Source of the DNA: Octopus sinensis
Lineage: Eukaryota
Assembly (NCBI RefSeq): GCF_006345805.1
Contig: NC_043000.1
Location: 53,754,001 to 53,818,000 of the forward strand
Direction: 5' to 3'
DNA: 64,000 nucleotides
In this document: in pieces, positions 14,040-27,609 of the stretch
How positions within the stretch are numbered: the first letter of the stretch is position 1
How the letters are laid out: every line of letters starts with the position of its first letter
Translations under genes and position numbers: made by a program
Notes under the pieces: generated by a model
The model's input: the letters and a program-made list of their open reading frames with translations, nothing else
The model's database searches: none
What the model was told of the DNA's origin: nothing

Positions 14040-16561
14040 AATCAGCTTTCACTTTCCTATCTCACTTCAGCATATTTGTACAGGCTGCCACTTGAAAATA
14101 CCCATTTTCCCTAAACATAAGAATTCGGTGAGGCTGTCTTCCGTAGATATACCATAAGTGTAATATAATGATATACATAATAACATGTGAGTCATTGTGT
14201 GTGTTTGTGTGTATGTGTGTGTGTTTCTATGTGTGTATAACTGTAATAACCTCCATTGCTTACCATTGATATAAGGAAAAGTGGAGTTGACGTTGAGAGT
14301 CATCCAAGTATTAAATTATTTGACTCAACAATCGGAAGAATTTAACCTGTGCATCCGAGTCAATATGAATGTTTCTGTTTGAGGCTGCTTCTTCATGAAA
14401 TAAGAGGACCGACTTCCTTCTTCTTACAGAGAACGATTGATGGTCAATCTGTTCGTACTAATTCAGAAGCTTGTTTAACTTTAAATTTGTTAGAAGATGA
14501 CAATCAGTGGGATAGAACAATGACTGTGGCTTCAGTGTCACGCTCACCTATTTGAGAGATCTTTTTGAAATTCTTTTCCTGAATTGTGAAGTAAATAATC
14601 CATATAAGAATGTAATATAAGAATGATTTATCAGAAGGCTAGAAATATCTAGCACAATTAAGATTCCCTGAGAGGGAAACAGCATTCAACAATGACATAT
14701 CATTCTGCCTTGGTTGATACTGAAGATCGCGTTGTCTCAATGGGAGGGAGGAGCTTAGAAAGTTTGGCTTACCTGAAACTCATCGAAATCAAGTTTGATC
14801 ACAAAAATTTTGCGAGAAACTTCATATGATATAGTCTCATTAACATGATTCCTTGAAAAATATGTCTCGAAACTTTCGGCAGAACAACAACTTGTATATA
14901 CAACAGTCATTCACCAAGTGGCACATAAGAAAGAAGCATTATATTACTTAGACGCACCAGAAAAACTCTGGAAAAACTCTGTAACAAATTTAATGCTAGC
15001 CAAAGTCCGCTTCTCTGGAATTGTTGCGACTTTATTTCCAGGAGCCCGAACAGGTCACATAGCATTGAAGCTGCCATTCAATCTAAATTCAAATGATGAA
15101 ACTCTCTGGAATATTAGTAAAATTTCTTTAGCTCAAGTTCTTATGAAATGTTCCTTGATCATATGAAAAGAAGCTACACTGTCCCATAAGAAATCAGTAG
15201 AAGCTGTTAACAGAATGCTGCAGGATTTGCGCAATTCCAATTTTTGATGGGAGGTGTGACAGTAGTATTTTCAGGTGATTTTCAGAGGAACAAAGGCGGA
15301 TGAATTGGGAGCATGCTTGTAATATATATTATAGCAACATATCAAAGTGCTAAAGGTTTCTACAAATATAAGGGCATATTTGCACGTGGATCATCTGTCA
15401 GAACAATTTGCCCATACTATTTTACAACTTTGAGAAGAGAATGAAAGCTAGATATTAATCATGAAGGTGACTTCAATCCATCAAAAGTCTGCACTTTGGC
15501 CAGCTTGATTGAGGAACTTATTGAAAAAGTTTTGCTAAGTAAAATTTCAAAATAAACAGAAGCTGCTTTGTTGTGCGAAAACGCAATCATGGCACCAAAG
15601 AACGTTACTGTGAATAATTTAAATGAAAAACTCGAGAAACATTTAGCAGAAAACGAACATACTTACAAATCTATGGATTCTGTAATGGAGGAATTGGAAA
15701 TAATCAATTATATTGTTCTAAAACGCATTGCAGCCACCAGGAGCTCCTCCTCGTTGCCTTCCATTGAAAATAGGCGCTCCAAACATGCTTCTGCGCAACC
15801 TTTCGCACCCAAATTTGTGTACAAGTGTCATTGTCAAGAAATTAATGAGAAATCTCATACAGGCCACTATAATTTCTGGCTGTAGAATAAGTGAAGGTGT
15901 TTTTATCACTCGATAGCCTTTAATACTTTTCAATATGCCCTTCGAGTTAAATTACCTCAATTTCCAATACCTCTGTCTTTTGCTATGCCCATCAAGAAGT
16001 TCCAAGGTCAGATTTTGAAAGAGGACTATTTCTCAAACGGTCAGTTATATGTTGTGATATCCAGAGTGGAGAGCAAGGACAATCTTTTCATTTTTGCCTC
16101 TGCTGGTAAAACCCAAAACATTGTCTATAAGTAAGTCTTTACCAAGGGATCAACAAATTAAAATTTGCAGAATGATAAAAAACTTTGAATCTATATTGTC
16201 AACGTGAAACTATATTCGTCTAAGAAAAATTATTTGTATTTTTGTTTGTTGTAATACTTAAGTTCAATACGTCTTTAGTCTTTCCCGAACATTTATTTAC
16301 TTATCTTGTTCTAGACATAAGCCAAAGTCTGTGTGATGCTTGCTTCATTTATAGACTGAAATGCTATAGATCATAGATCAGAAATCTATATGCATCCATG
16401 ATAATACTGGCCAGAAGAAAACAGCTCTATCGTCTACATGAAACTTAACAACTATTTCTTATATACGTTTAATACAATCTAAGTGAATAATTTTCATCAA
16501 TATTCATAGTACAATTTTCGCAGTATTTTTCAACCCAGACAATGACGGGTGTTTCTGCTAG
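14040..16561 (+). mobile_element. Decayed Helitron (3' part of Rep-helicase) with intact 3' terminus
   Basis: Motifs [105 protein letters not shown] (PIF1-like helicase). An imperfect hairpin acccagacaatgacgggt is followed by CTAG at 16558-16561 and then T. Confidence 0.92.
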
Positions 16562-17224
16562 TATATATATATATATTATCTGTAGTATATATATATTATC
16601 TGTCGCTATTCTTGTGCATGCGTGATCAAACGGAAATCATCATGAAAGAGATGGGCAGAAGCCGCAGCGTAATGGAGATATCGCACAACTCGTATGTAAG
16701 GAATATATAGATTAAAAGACAATCAAATTTAAAGACGTTAAATCCATTATCAATATCTGGAAACGAATTACATACAATAGAAATTCTGACTCCAAATTCC
16801 TATGCATGTGATACACGAATTAGAATTGTGTCAAGAAGCATGTCCCAATATACGGGAAAATATTCTGATATTTCATAGAAGACAGTGACATTATTGCACA
16901 AATGAAAACTAAAAACAAATTTGTTTGGGCTTTATATATATGAAGAAAACTGCTCATTACTTAGTTGTATTCATGTTATTTGTACAAAAAGAAAAAAAAA
17001 AGATTAAAAAAGTGATCACTTATGAAATCTCTTATAATTTCCAATTCTGATATTTTCTTTAGTTGAAAAATGTCACTTTCAAGTTTCATTTATTATTGAA
17101 GGTTTTAACTACACGTTAATCAAAAAACACTATTCTATTCACTGTTACGCGCATTTTTAGTCTTACATTTGTATCTCTTTTCCTTTGCCCACGCTCTATC
17201 ATTGTCCCAGCAAAGCTCTATCAC

Positions 17225-17260
<36 letters not shown>

Positions 17261-17724
17261 CTTTGTTTATATATTTCGGGCTCATATCGAAATGCGGTAC
17301 AAACAATGTATTACAATGAACAGTAAGTTTTTTAGAATGTTTTTATTTTATTTTTATATCACTTGACATTTTTATAAAGCCTTTAAACATAAGCGTTGTA
17401 CGTCAGGGATTCTGAGTCTGCATTTTTTAAAAATGAAATGTGTCTTTTAAAATAACGATCTAGGGATAAAAATGTATACTATGAGATATCAAACTAACAG
17501 TTGATCCGGTCAACAGAACAGCCTGCTCGTGAAATTAACGGGCAAGTATCTAAAAACTGCATGGACACGCCTACCGTTAACGGAGCGTTTCAATATGACA
17601 GAATCTGATGAGACGTTTGTTCAAGAACAGAACGCGTCGTCGGGATTTCATCTCACGCATGACCTTACGATCGGGAGCCGAAAGCCCCGAACCTATAAGT
17701 CACTCGTATTCACTAGGAAATATA

Positions 17725-17727
<3 letters not shown>

Positions 17728-17806
<79 letters not shown>

Positions 17807-17833
17807 ATATATATATATTATATATATATATAC

Positions 17834-17901
<68 letters not shown>
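17728..17901. repeat. Compound (TCTA)n/(TA)n microsatellite
   Basis: Direct reading. Confidence 0.95.
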
Positions 17902-17904
<3 letters not shown>

Positions 17905-17989
17905 GTGTTTAGTTCATTGATGATCTAAACTAATAGGTACGCTGCGTAATCGCTATAATTGGTTAGGTTCCAAGTTTACAGCTGAGACT

Positions 17990-19020
17990 AGAGATAGGGA
18001 TCCGTAGTAGGCTTCTCAATCACCAGGTATATATATTAAAGGAAAAGAAAGCAAACTCAAGGCAGGACGAACAGCTCAGATTATTTAGAATATTTAATTA
18101 GAGTAAAGGTGAATTAAAAAGAGGAAGTAGAATTAGTGTCTTACATCTGTTTCTTTGATATCCTAAGTAATGGTTTAACACCGTCATTCACTAGATATTC
18201 AGTCATCAGAGACAAGGTGTGTATGCAGGAAAGTTCCAGACCGAGAATTTACAGTAGATAGAAGAATTAAACAGTAGATAGGAGACGAAATCTCACAGTT
18301 CAACTTGTTCCGGAGGGTATGGAGGTTTGTCCGTATTTCCGTGAAGGTATACCTCCTTAGGTTTAATCCCGGGTAAATCCAAACAATAGTTTGAGTGATG
18401 CATTGAGGCTGAAGGTCTGTTCGGAGTGAGAAGTCAGAGGTTAAGGTTTTGGTAAAGTCGAGGAGAAAGGCAGACGGCATTTAATGGCCATCAAAGGGTA
18501 ATTAAGTAGATAGATGCATTCTTGGTTCAGCGTGGTAAAAAGGAATACTTTACTTTAGTTCAGTAGTCATTAAAGAGAGCTGAAATGTCAGAAATAGATG
18601 GCTAACTTTAAGGAAGGAAATATATTTAAAGATTACTTGGAATTAAAAGTTAAAATTTAAAATTAACAATTAAAAAGATGAATGTAGCCAATGAATTTCA
18701 AAGATACGTGTTTAGGGTATAGATATTAGCAAATGAAGGAAATACGCACGAATATTGTTTCGACTGTGAATGCAGAGAGGCAGGTGTTGTAATATCATGT
18801 GTGCTAATTTCGCTTGCAGTTAGGCCTCTGGAAGAACCTTAAGGTACGATAGAACTTATGTTTGCAAGAATGTAAAGGCTAGCGGGATTGTGCAGTAGGT
18901 CGTAGACAGTTCAATTATACATAAGTTTAAATCTTTTGCATTGGGTTTGCAATGGACATTCAGTCCCAGATCGGCAGTTACAGCTGGATCTATCTAGCCT
19001 ACATGGTTTAGATGTGGGTA
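17990..19020 (-). mobile_element. Penelope-like element 3' remnant
   Basis: The minus strand has CPLQTQC..MY (linker before GIY-YIG in Neptune/Naiad-type PLEs). ORF 18199-18480 ends inside a hammerhead motif, as is typical for PLE tails. Confidence 0.5.
18137..18214 (-). ncRNA. Type I hammerhead ribozyme motif
   Basis: Minus strand: UGUCU-CUGAUGA-[49-nt imperfect stem II]-GAAA-C-AGAU-GUA-AGACA. Stem I is 5 bp, the core is intact and the cleavage triplet is GUA. Confidence 0.7.
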
Positions 19021-19874
19021 GGAATGATGCTACACTATTTATGGGCAAGTTATAGACTAGGATAGTATTTGGAAATTGGCTCAAATTAATATCAAATTGT
19101 TATGCATATCAAATCGTTATGCATATCGCCCGTGTCCATAGAGTGATGGGTAGGGTTGGCTGTTGTTGGTTCTATTAATATTATTTTTTTTCTGTGAATC
19201 TGTAGACTATGAACTTCAGTAAGTCTTAATCTCAAAATTATATTTGACTAATGTATCATTATGCTTGAAAAACCTCAATGAAGAGAGTCGCTTAATAATA
19301 ACGACTTTCGCAAAAGGCGCGCTTTGAGAAAATGGCATTACATCAATCTTGTTGATATAAATAATGTATCGCTCGTGCAGAAAAAAAAAGATCGAAAATA
19401 CACTGGCAGTAAAGATTTTGTGAAAGTGGAAGACAACAAAAAATCGATGTTTTATGGAAAACGTCTTATAACAGCCAAAAAAATTGAGAGAAAATATAAT
19501 AAATTTTATGTGTTTTTTTGTTTTCTACTTCTAAACAGGGTAATTCAGGTTCTATTATTCATGCCACAGGGGAATTTGCTCATATATTTATCAAGTATAC
19601 TTTGAAATTGCTATTTGAAATTTGACCCACAAGAAGGCGGAAACTAAGATTTATTATCGTGCTAATGTAACTTCAAGGTCGAACAAAATTTTAAGCCGTA
19701 AATATTTATTGTGCATTCTTGGGAAAAAGTCTATATGCACGTTGTTATTTGGAAAATATATATCTTTTAATTTTTCAGCCAATATATCTATATATCGGAA
19801 TGTCTATACTTATAACTATCACTTATATACCTCAATATATACTAGTCTGTATTTATGCCTATCGTCCTCCCTCT

Positions 19875-19914
19875 ACACACACACACACACACACACCACA
19901 CACACACATATATA

Positions 19915-19969
<55 letters not shown>

Positions 19970-19974
19970 CATAT

Positions 19975-20037
<63 letters not shown>

Positions 20038-20062
20038 CATACATACTTACATACATACATAT
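19875..20062. repeat. Compound (CA)n/(TA)n/(GATA)n microsatellite
   Basis: Direct reading. Confidence 0.95.
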
Positions 20063-20582
20063 AAACATACAACTTTTTCCTTCTGTCTCCTTTTTAGACA
20101 GGAACTTAAGGTAACCGGTCGTGAATTCTTAAGTCTCCACTTCAGCCTGTATCGCTGGCTGTTGCCCTTCCGTTTCCAGTCATTTAGGATTTCCCTCAAA
20201 GCATTACCCATGCTCCCTTTTCATCTGGCCTGAAGGCTGCATTCTGTTTATGTCTCTCGCCTGTCTATTAGTGGCCTCGTCTTGATTTCTTCATTTTCGT
20301 AATTCACTTATGTATCACTTGTTATGTCTATATTGTTTGTCGGTTCCCGGTCCCATATTCTCTACAACTCTTGCAGGTGTTTCCAGCTGGGAATCAATAT
20401 TATCGTTAAATCCCGAAATTGTAGAAGACCCTCTGTACGATAACTGATGAGGAATTAGAGACTTTGTATCTAAGTTCTGTTCGTTTGAACATTTAATATA
20501 TGTTTTTAACTTGCTATTCTGTTGTTGTTTTTCGTCTCTACCTTTGCTATACATCTTAAAACTTGTACATACATACACACAC

Positions 20583-20664
<82 letters not shown>

Positions 20665-20869
20665 ATATATATTGAGTCTGTGTGTATGCGTGTGTATAAT
20701 CCGATGTTATCTTCTGATGCAATGCTTCAACACACCCGTATTAAAGTACTTTGCTAATTGTATTCTATCCTAAACAAATCACATCACTTCACATTATGCC
20801 ACGTCGTAACGTGTATATTACCATATATTATCATATAATGGTTTTAGATTTTGGTACAAGTTCACAAGT

Positions 20870-21050
20870 CCAGCAATTTCGGGTTGTGGCTAAGTCGAAT
20901 ACGTCGAATACGTCGACCGCAGTATTCCATCGGTACTTATTGAAAGGTAACTTCGTCCCTGCCGGCGGTATTTGTAATCAACTTAAAGACGGGCGAAAAG
21001 ACACTAATCATTTTCCTTGGTTTACAAACGATTCTGCCAGTTCTCCCCAA
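20870..21050 (-). mobile_element. Diverged SINE family B copy
   Basis: Reverse complement of the family B head and body (..acgattctgccagttctccc). Confidence 0.55.
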
Positions 21051-21169
21051 CACACACACAGTACCATATACACATGCTATCAAACACACACACACATACA
21101 CACACACACACACACACGTATCACACTACACACGCACGCACCCACACACACACATACACACAGATACTA

Positions 21170-21406
21170 AGCATTTTTCAAATTCTCTTTGTCCATCTAC
21201 TTCCGGTCATTTCAAAAAGGTAACTTCACGTGGATTGTTGGCAAAATTTTTTCCTCTTTTCTTTTGGACTTTCCTATGTCTCCTGTTTCTGAAGAAGAGC
21301 TATGTGCGAAGCGTAAAACAACCACTCTTTACTTCCTTCTGTGAGAGTCTCATTAATACTTTGCATATACTACATGCTCGTGTTGTTTTTTCTTGTAGTC
21401 GTTTTG

Positions 21407-21410
<4 letters not shown>
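21170..21410 (+). mobile_element. Short hammerhead-bearing interspersed repeat (PLE pLTR-like), copy 1
   Basis: Homologous to 60060-60290 (opposite strand). Contains GTTT-CTGAAGA-A-GAGCtatGTGC-GAAG-CGTA-AAAC and ends in (TA)n. Confidence 0.6.
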
Positions 21411-21443
<33 letters not shown>

Positions 21444-22245
21444 GCAGAGAACAAACAAGCAAAACATATGGTAATACCTTAGAACATTTAGTTTATAATT
21501 TAAATATTGTTGCATAGTCAAAGTAAATACGTGAAGTCTTTTACAGCAATTTTTAGAATAACTAATTATACGGATCATGTGTAAATGGAGATGGAACTAG
21601 CTACTTCTGTCAGCATTATATATTCTGTGATACTCCAGCAATGGCTCTTTCTAACAGACACTATCTCTTACTATGGATCTCCTTAATCCTTCGATCATGG
21701 ATCTGTTAACCAAATCCACCGTTTACGTTGGACACTCCTAATTCCCTCAACGAACTAGTAACAAATAATATCCTGGATTAAGCACTTTTGTATTTCTCTT
21801 TCTCTCTTCAATGATGAAATACTTGGCTGACGTGGAAGTCTTTACTCAATTATATAAGATTCGGGTGCTTATCTATTCTAGAAAAAAAATTAAGAGACTT
21901 TAACTACCCCACACTATGTTCAAATTATAAATGAAATGCTCTAAAGTAATACCGTATCATTTGTTTACTTATTTTCTCTTTTTAATATATATCTACCTGC
22001 TCAAAGTCGTCAACTTTTAGCTATCTTTGATTAGCAGCTACAACATTAACTTTGTTTCAGTAACAATTCAAACTGGCATCTTTATGGTAGAGCAGACGGA
22101 GTACTTACGGTACATGCCTATTATCTTTACATCATCAGACGAAAACTCTTTATATATATATATATATATATAATAAATATTAGGGAATAAATCCAAACTT
22201 ACAGGGAAAAATCAGATTTAGGATTGAATCCAATTTTATAGTAAA

Positions 22246-22519
22246 ATATTATATTAAATTAGAGACAAAACCACTATTAAGCAAATCAAACAATGAAAAA
22301 CTTCCCTATACATATGATTATTTAATTTATATTATTTAAATATATAACAAAATTATTAAAAAAATTATTAAAAAAATATAATTAATATATTAATTATATT
22401 TTTTTAATAATTTTGTTATATATTTAAATGATATAAATTAAATAATCATATGTATTGGCTTAAGTTTTTCATTGTTTGATTTGCTTAATAGTGGTTTTGT
22501 CTCTAATTTAATATAATAT
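22246..22519. repeat. ~275-bp near-perfect palindrome
   Basis: Arms ttagagacaaaaccactattaagcaaatcaaacaatgaaaaactt... and ...aagtttttcattgtttgatttgcttaatagtggttttgtctctaa, centred at 22387/22388 with no loop. Confidence 0.9.
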
Positions 22520-22529
22520 AATATATATA

Positions 22530-22576
<47 letters not shown>

Positions 22577-23186
22577 AAGTACACACATGCTTACACACAC
22601 ATATATATGTAAGTGTATGTGTGTGTGTACTTATATATATAAATATGTGTGTGTGTGCGTGTGTGTATGTACAGATATACATCTATATACATATATACTT
22701 GTGAGTGATCGTGTTTGGTTTTATGTATAGTATATTGTATATTTTGATTCCATTATTTTATGAACCAGAGTAAATGTTGCAAAAGATGGTTTTGATAAAT
22801 GCAATAAAGATAATGAAACACAAAGAATATGCGGGTTTGTGTATTTAGAAATACACGTATGTATCGATGCACACGCAGCGACACAGAACGGGCAGCTTAC
22901 ACAAAAGTCTATATAAAGACAGTGACTCACATTTAAAGACTCAAGCTGATTCTGAGCAACAGTAAGAGGGCAAAACAAAGAAAAGAATTATTTTCCATTC
23001 TTTACCAAATCCTCTCACACAAATAGACAAAAGGATATGTGTGTTTGTATGAAATTAAATATGTATAAATTTATATACATATGTATTCATCCCCAAAACT
23101 ATCAAACTATACATATATTAACATATACACAAACGCACACATACTTACATATGTATATGCAAATGTATCTATCTCTCTATCTCTCT

Positions 23187-23239
<53 letters not shown>

Positions 23240-23773
23240 CGCAGATATACATATATGTGTGTGTGTGTATGTGTGTATATATGCGCGTGTGCACCAATGT
23301 CAGTGCGTGCATATATGTGTGAATGTGTGTGTGTGTGTAATTCTCCGTGAGTGCATACATGTACCTTTGAATGTATGTATGTAAATAATTTGTAAAAGAT
23401 CTTTTTAGGTTACTAATTCAGTAGAAGTAAATTTTGATGATTATGGAAATTAGGGAAAAAAAGAAAAAAAGAATGAAGGAAATTAAATTTCTTTCAAATG
23501 CATCTATGAAATAAAATGTAAGTCGAATGTTACTAACATAACAGCTTGCATTTTCAGTCGCTCAACCTTTCAAGACTTAAAAGAACGAAATAAATAAAAT
23601 TAACCAACGCGTCATTAATTCCGACTGTGCTGGAGATGCATCTGCCAACGAAAGTGTACGCACGGCACACACATGTTGTTATCATGTGCTTACGTGAGTG
23701 ACTGTGTATGTATGTGTGTGCGTGGGTGTCTTCGCTCAAAACACATTTACTTGCGCTAAATTACTTCTGTAAT

Positions 23774-23916
<143 letters not shown>

Positions 23917-24165
23917 TGAATGAGACTGTAACTGCATAAAAATCATACATACATACACCATTCTTGCATATACACACATACGCATACACTCTCACACACA
24001 TACAATCGCATTTACATACACACATATACATAACTGCGGTGAAATATTTGGATGAGTTCAGAAATAAAGATGCGTGCGTACGTGCACCCGTGTACGCATC
24101 CAGGCACATTTATATTTCGGTAATACATTTGGTTGTGTGAATTCATGTGTTGAAGCATATTTTAT

Positions 24166-24343
24166 TGTCTGGGGAGAGTCATTCTCTCTTATTAATTTGA
24201 CACACACCCCGGCCTGATTTCCACTCATTTATCATACTTGTTTATTTATTTATTTATTTTGCTTATAAGTAAATGAGTGGAAATCAGACCGGTGATTGTG
24301 TTAAATTAATGAGTCGCTAAAAGGGAATGACTCTCTCCAGACA
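24166..24343. repeat. Inverted repeat (~65-75-bp arms) of an interspersed repeat also present at 49343-49460
   Basis: tgtctggggagagtcattc...gatttccactcattta versus taaatgagtggaaatc...gaatgactctctccagaca. Confidence 0.8.
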
Positions 24344-24429
24344 TAATTATATATAATTATTGTGTGTGTGTGTGTAATGAAAGGGGAGAGTTTGAACACA
24401 GAAAAATCAATTTGTTTATATAATAGTTA

Positions 24430-25060
24430 ATTCTATGTCGCTTACGCGCATTTCAATTCCCACTTTCATTCATATTATACAGTTAAAATTGCACTATGAA
24501 GAAGTAAATCCTTATTTAAGATTAATAACTCTAGGAATAAACATAATGAAAACAACCCTGTAAAACATGTAATAGGCACGGCATTATTATTGGGGAAACA
24601 GAGAAAGATCCTGAAAATAAAACCTGTGATTGTGCCTATAACAATAAAAATAGATGTTCATTAAGAAATTGTTGTTGAGAAAAAAGTGTATTATATAGGT
24701 GCAAATCAATGCCTGGGGAGTAGAATTACTATTACATAGGCTCCACGGAAAGCTATATAAAAAAAGGAGAGCCAACAATGAAAACACGTTTATAGATCAG
24801 AGAAAAGGAGGTAGCAAATGTTTAAGTAGGTTAACTTGGGCAATCAAGAGCACAAATAAACACTATAACCTGAAGTGGAAAGTAATTAACCGAGAAAATC
24901 ATATAGCATTGAGAGCAAGCGGTGTGAGTTATGCGTAAAGGAAATTATCTAGATCATTACATCCAATCAAGAATTAATCAACAATAAGTGAAAAAGAGGA
25001 TTATCTTGTCCACATAGGATTAAATATACGTTTAATAGATTGAAATAAATAAAATTTAGT
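24430..25060 (+). mobile_element. Penelope-like element GIY-YIG region (Neptune/Naiad-type with Cys linker)
   Basis: KTCDCAYNNKNRCSLRNCC.EKSVLY...YYIGSTE..KKR...NLKWKVI..SKRCELCVKE...CPHRIKYTFNRLK*. Confidence 0.85.
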
Positions 25061-26306
25061 AGACATTATATGATTAGATACACGTCTAATAAATCCGAAT
25101 AAATATAATCAAATCGGCATTAAGTGAATAATGCCACACCTAGAATTAAATTTATACTATAATATTAATTAAATGTAGGAATACACATTGAAACCCTTCT
25201 ATCGGCTTATGTATGTAAATAAATAAATTTACCGTTATATTAAATAAATGAGGGTGAGAGAACTTATTTTCATAAGGAAAAGAAACATAAGTACGTGTAT
25301 ATATATATATATATATATATAGTATAAACTTTGAATAATAGATCACATTTAGATAAATGCTCCGTGAATGATAAAGTCAAAATAAACATAGGAGCAAATC
25401 TTAAAGTGAAACGCATTCTAACCATTTGAAAATGATGTAGCGCCATATAGAGTAAACGTAGTGAATAGTACCCCCATTAAAAATACATAAAAACTAATTT
25501 TTGGAATTATATATAATAACCCAACCTATCAACAAATACATCTAAATAAGTAAAACCTTATAATAATAAAAATTGCAATTATCACAATTAAAAGAATAGA
25601 TATCAAATAATTATATAGATTTGGATATTTACTAATACATTTATTTTAATTTTTATTATTTTTATTCTTCTGACAAATGAGTAGGGAGCCAGCCTCTAGA
25701 AAAAAACCATCTAAATTCTATTGAGGGGGAATGGTAGTATGCTGTAGTTCGTAATGACTCCAGTCAGTCATTCTCCACTATGGTCGTTCTTTAACCTCTA
25801 GCTATCTTTAGAACGAAATCCAAAGAGACTCATGCTGACACAAAAGCACAAACAAACATGCTGATATTCAGTATGTAAGGGGCTCTCTATCCATTAGGAT
25901 GTAAATGAATATATATGAATATATATCAATCTTGCTTTGAGAATAATTTTACCTTTTAAATTCATAATGAAATTTCAATTGTAAAATATGAATGAAGGTG
26001 GGAATCGAAACGTGCGTAGGTGACATGAAATTGATTGTTATATAAATAAATTGATTTTTCTCTGTTCACACCGTCCATTTTCTTTATGTTATATTATTTA
26101 ATTCTGTTTCTTATATCAGATAGATGAAAACATCTATAACGACAACTAGAACTTTATAAGTGTGAAGCACAACTATCGAAGAAGAACTATCAATAAACAC
26201 TAATACTAACACAAATTAACAAATTCCAGGAAAATTAATCGACATGAAATAAATATCAGTGAAAGAGCAACCTCTTTCCACACACACACACACACACACA
26301 CACACA

Positions 26307-26396
<90 letters not shown>

Positions 26397-27609
26397 TACA
26401 TACATATAATCATACGTGCCCGTATATGCATACATGCAAACACTTTAGTACATGCACAGACATGTTTATATAGTCACACATGTTGCTATCAAATAAACAT
26501 GCATACCTGAACAGACATTATTGTGTAGAGATCAGTTAGAACCTAATGAATATAAATGAAATAAGTTTATCACTTTAATTATAGTGGTAGTGTTATTTAT
26601 GTGGATCAACTTTGGACTTCAAACTCCGGATTCTATGAAAGGAAACGCTGCTAAAGTTTTGGGTTTAAATGGTATCAGCTTACAGCTCTTCCAAAATAGC
26701 TGGCTTTGTACCACAATTTGAAAATGCAAACACATATAGACTATGTATACCTAGTTGTCTTGTAAGTTAAGAGTTTGTATCTTAACATCTTTGATTCGGT
26801 TGAGTTTGTCTAAAACACTGAACAGATAGTGAAAAGAATTAGAAAGTTATGATTTCTTTTATATCATGGTAAGTAAACATTTTACGACAACTTATGTTAC
26901 TTATCTTAAAACTTGGAAATTCGATAACTATACTAGGAATGATTTAGAAATATACTAATAAAAAAGAAAGAAGCAATAAATAATACATTACCATATTCCG
27001 TGAAATATCATAGAATGTATAAAGTAATATGTAGCTATTCATTAAACAGAGAATTTACGAATGATATTAGGATAAAAGAAAGTTATCACTAAGCTGAACG
27101 AGATAATATTGTTAATGCATGTATATTAGGCGTTTTAATATACAGACGCATATGCATAACAATGTGCAGAATTGTGATAATATACTGTACTATAAAAAAT
27201 TTTGGCTTACTGCAAAGTAAAACTTATTTTCTGAAATTCAGAAGATAGTTTGTAAATTTTTTTCTTCTTTCTACCATGTGCATAAGATCTGAAACTTTTT
27301 GGGAAGGTTGGTTGGTTACATCGACCCCAATGCCTTTTATTGTACTGGAAAAATGGCGCTAAGCACTTGCTCCAGTGTTCACGATTGCCATATAACCGAT
27401 TGTACATAGCTTGTAATTGTAAGGTAGCTGTTCTAACATATATCGTTTTACGAAGTGGAGATAAAATTCTACTAAAAGAAGTAAGTGCCGATGAAATTTC
27501 AGTTGTGCTCTATGTATGGACCATTAAGATGTGAAACAGCTGTGAAAGAATCTTTATGTGAGGTTTAAGTGTGTGACGTGAACTGAAAGATGATATTGGT
27601 TCGAATTTA

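Noticed and set aside
17595-17690. CTGATGA followed by a hairpin
   Set aside because: No GAAA after stem II and no stem I complement, so not a hammerhead.
20090-20560. Possible PLE N-terminal fragment (FRPDEKGAWVM ~ IKPADKG)
   Set aside because: A single weak motif with many stops; cannot be supported.
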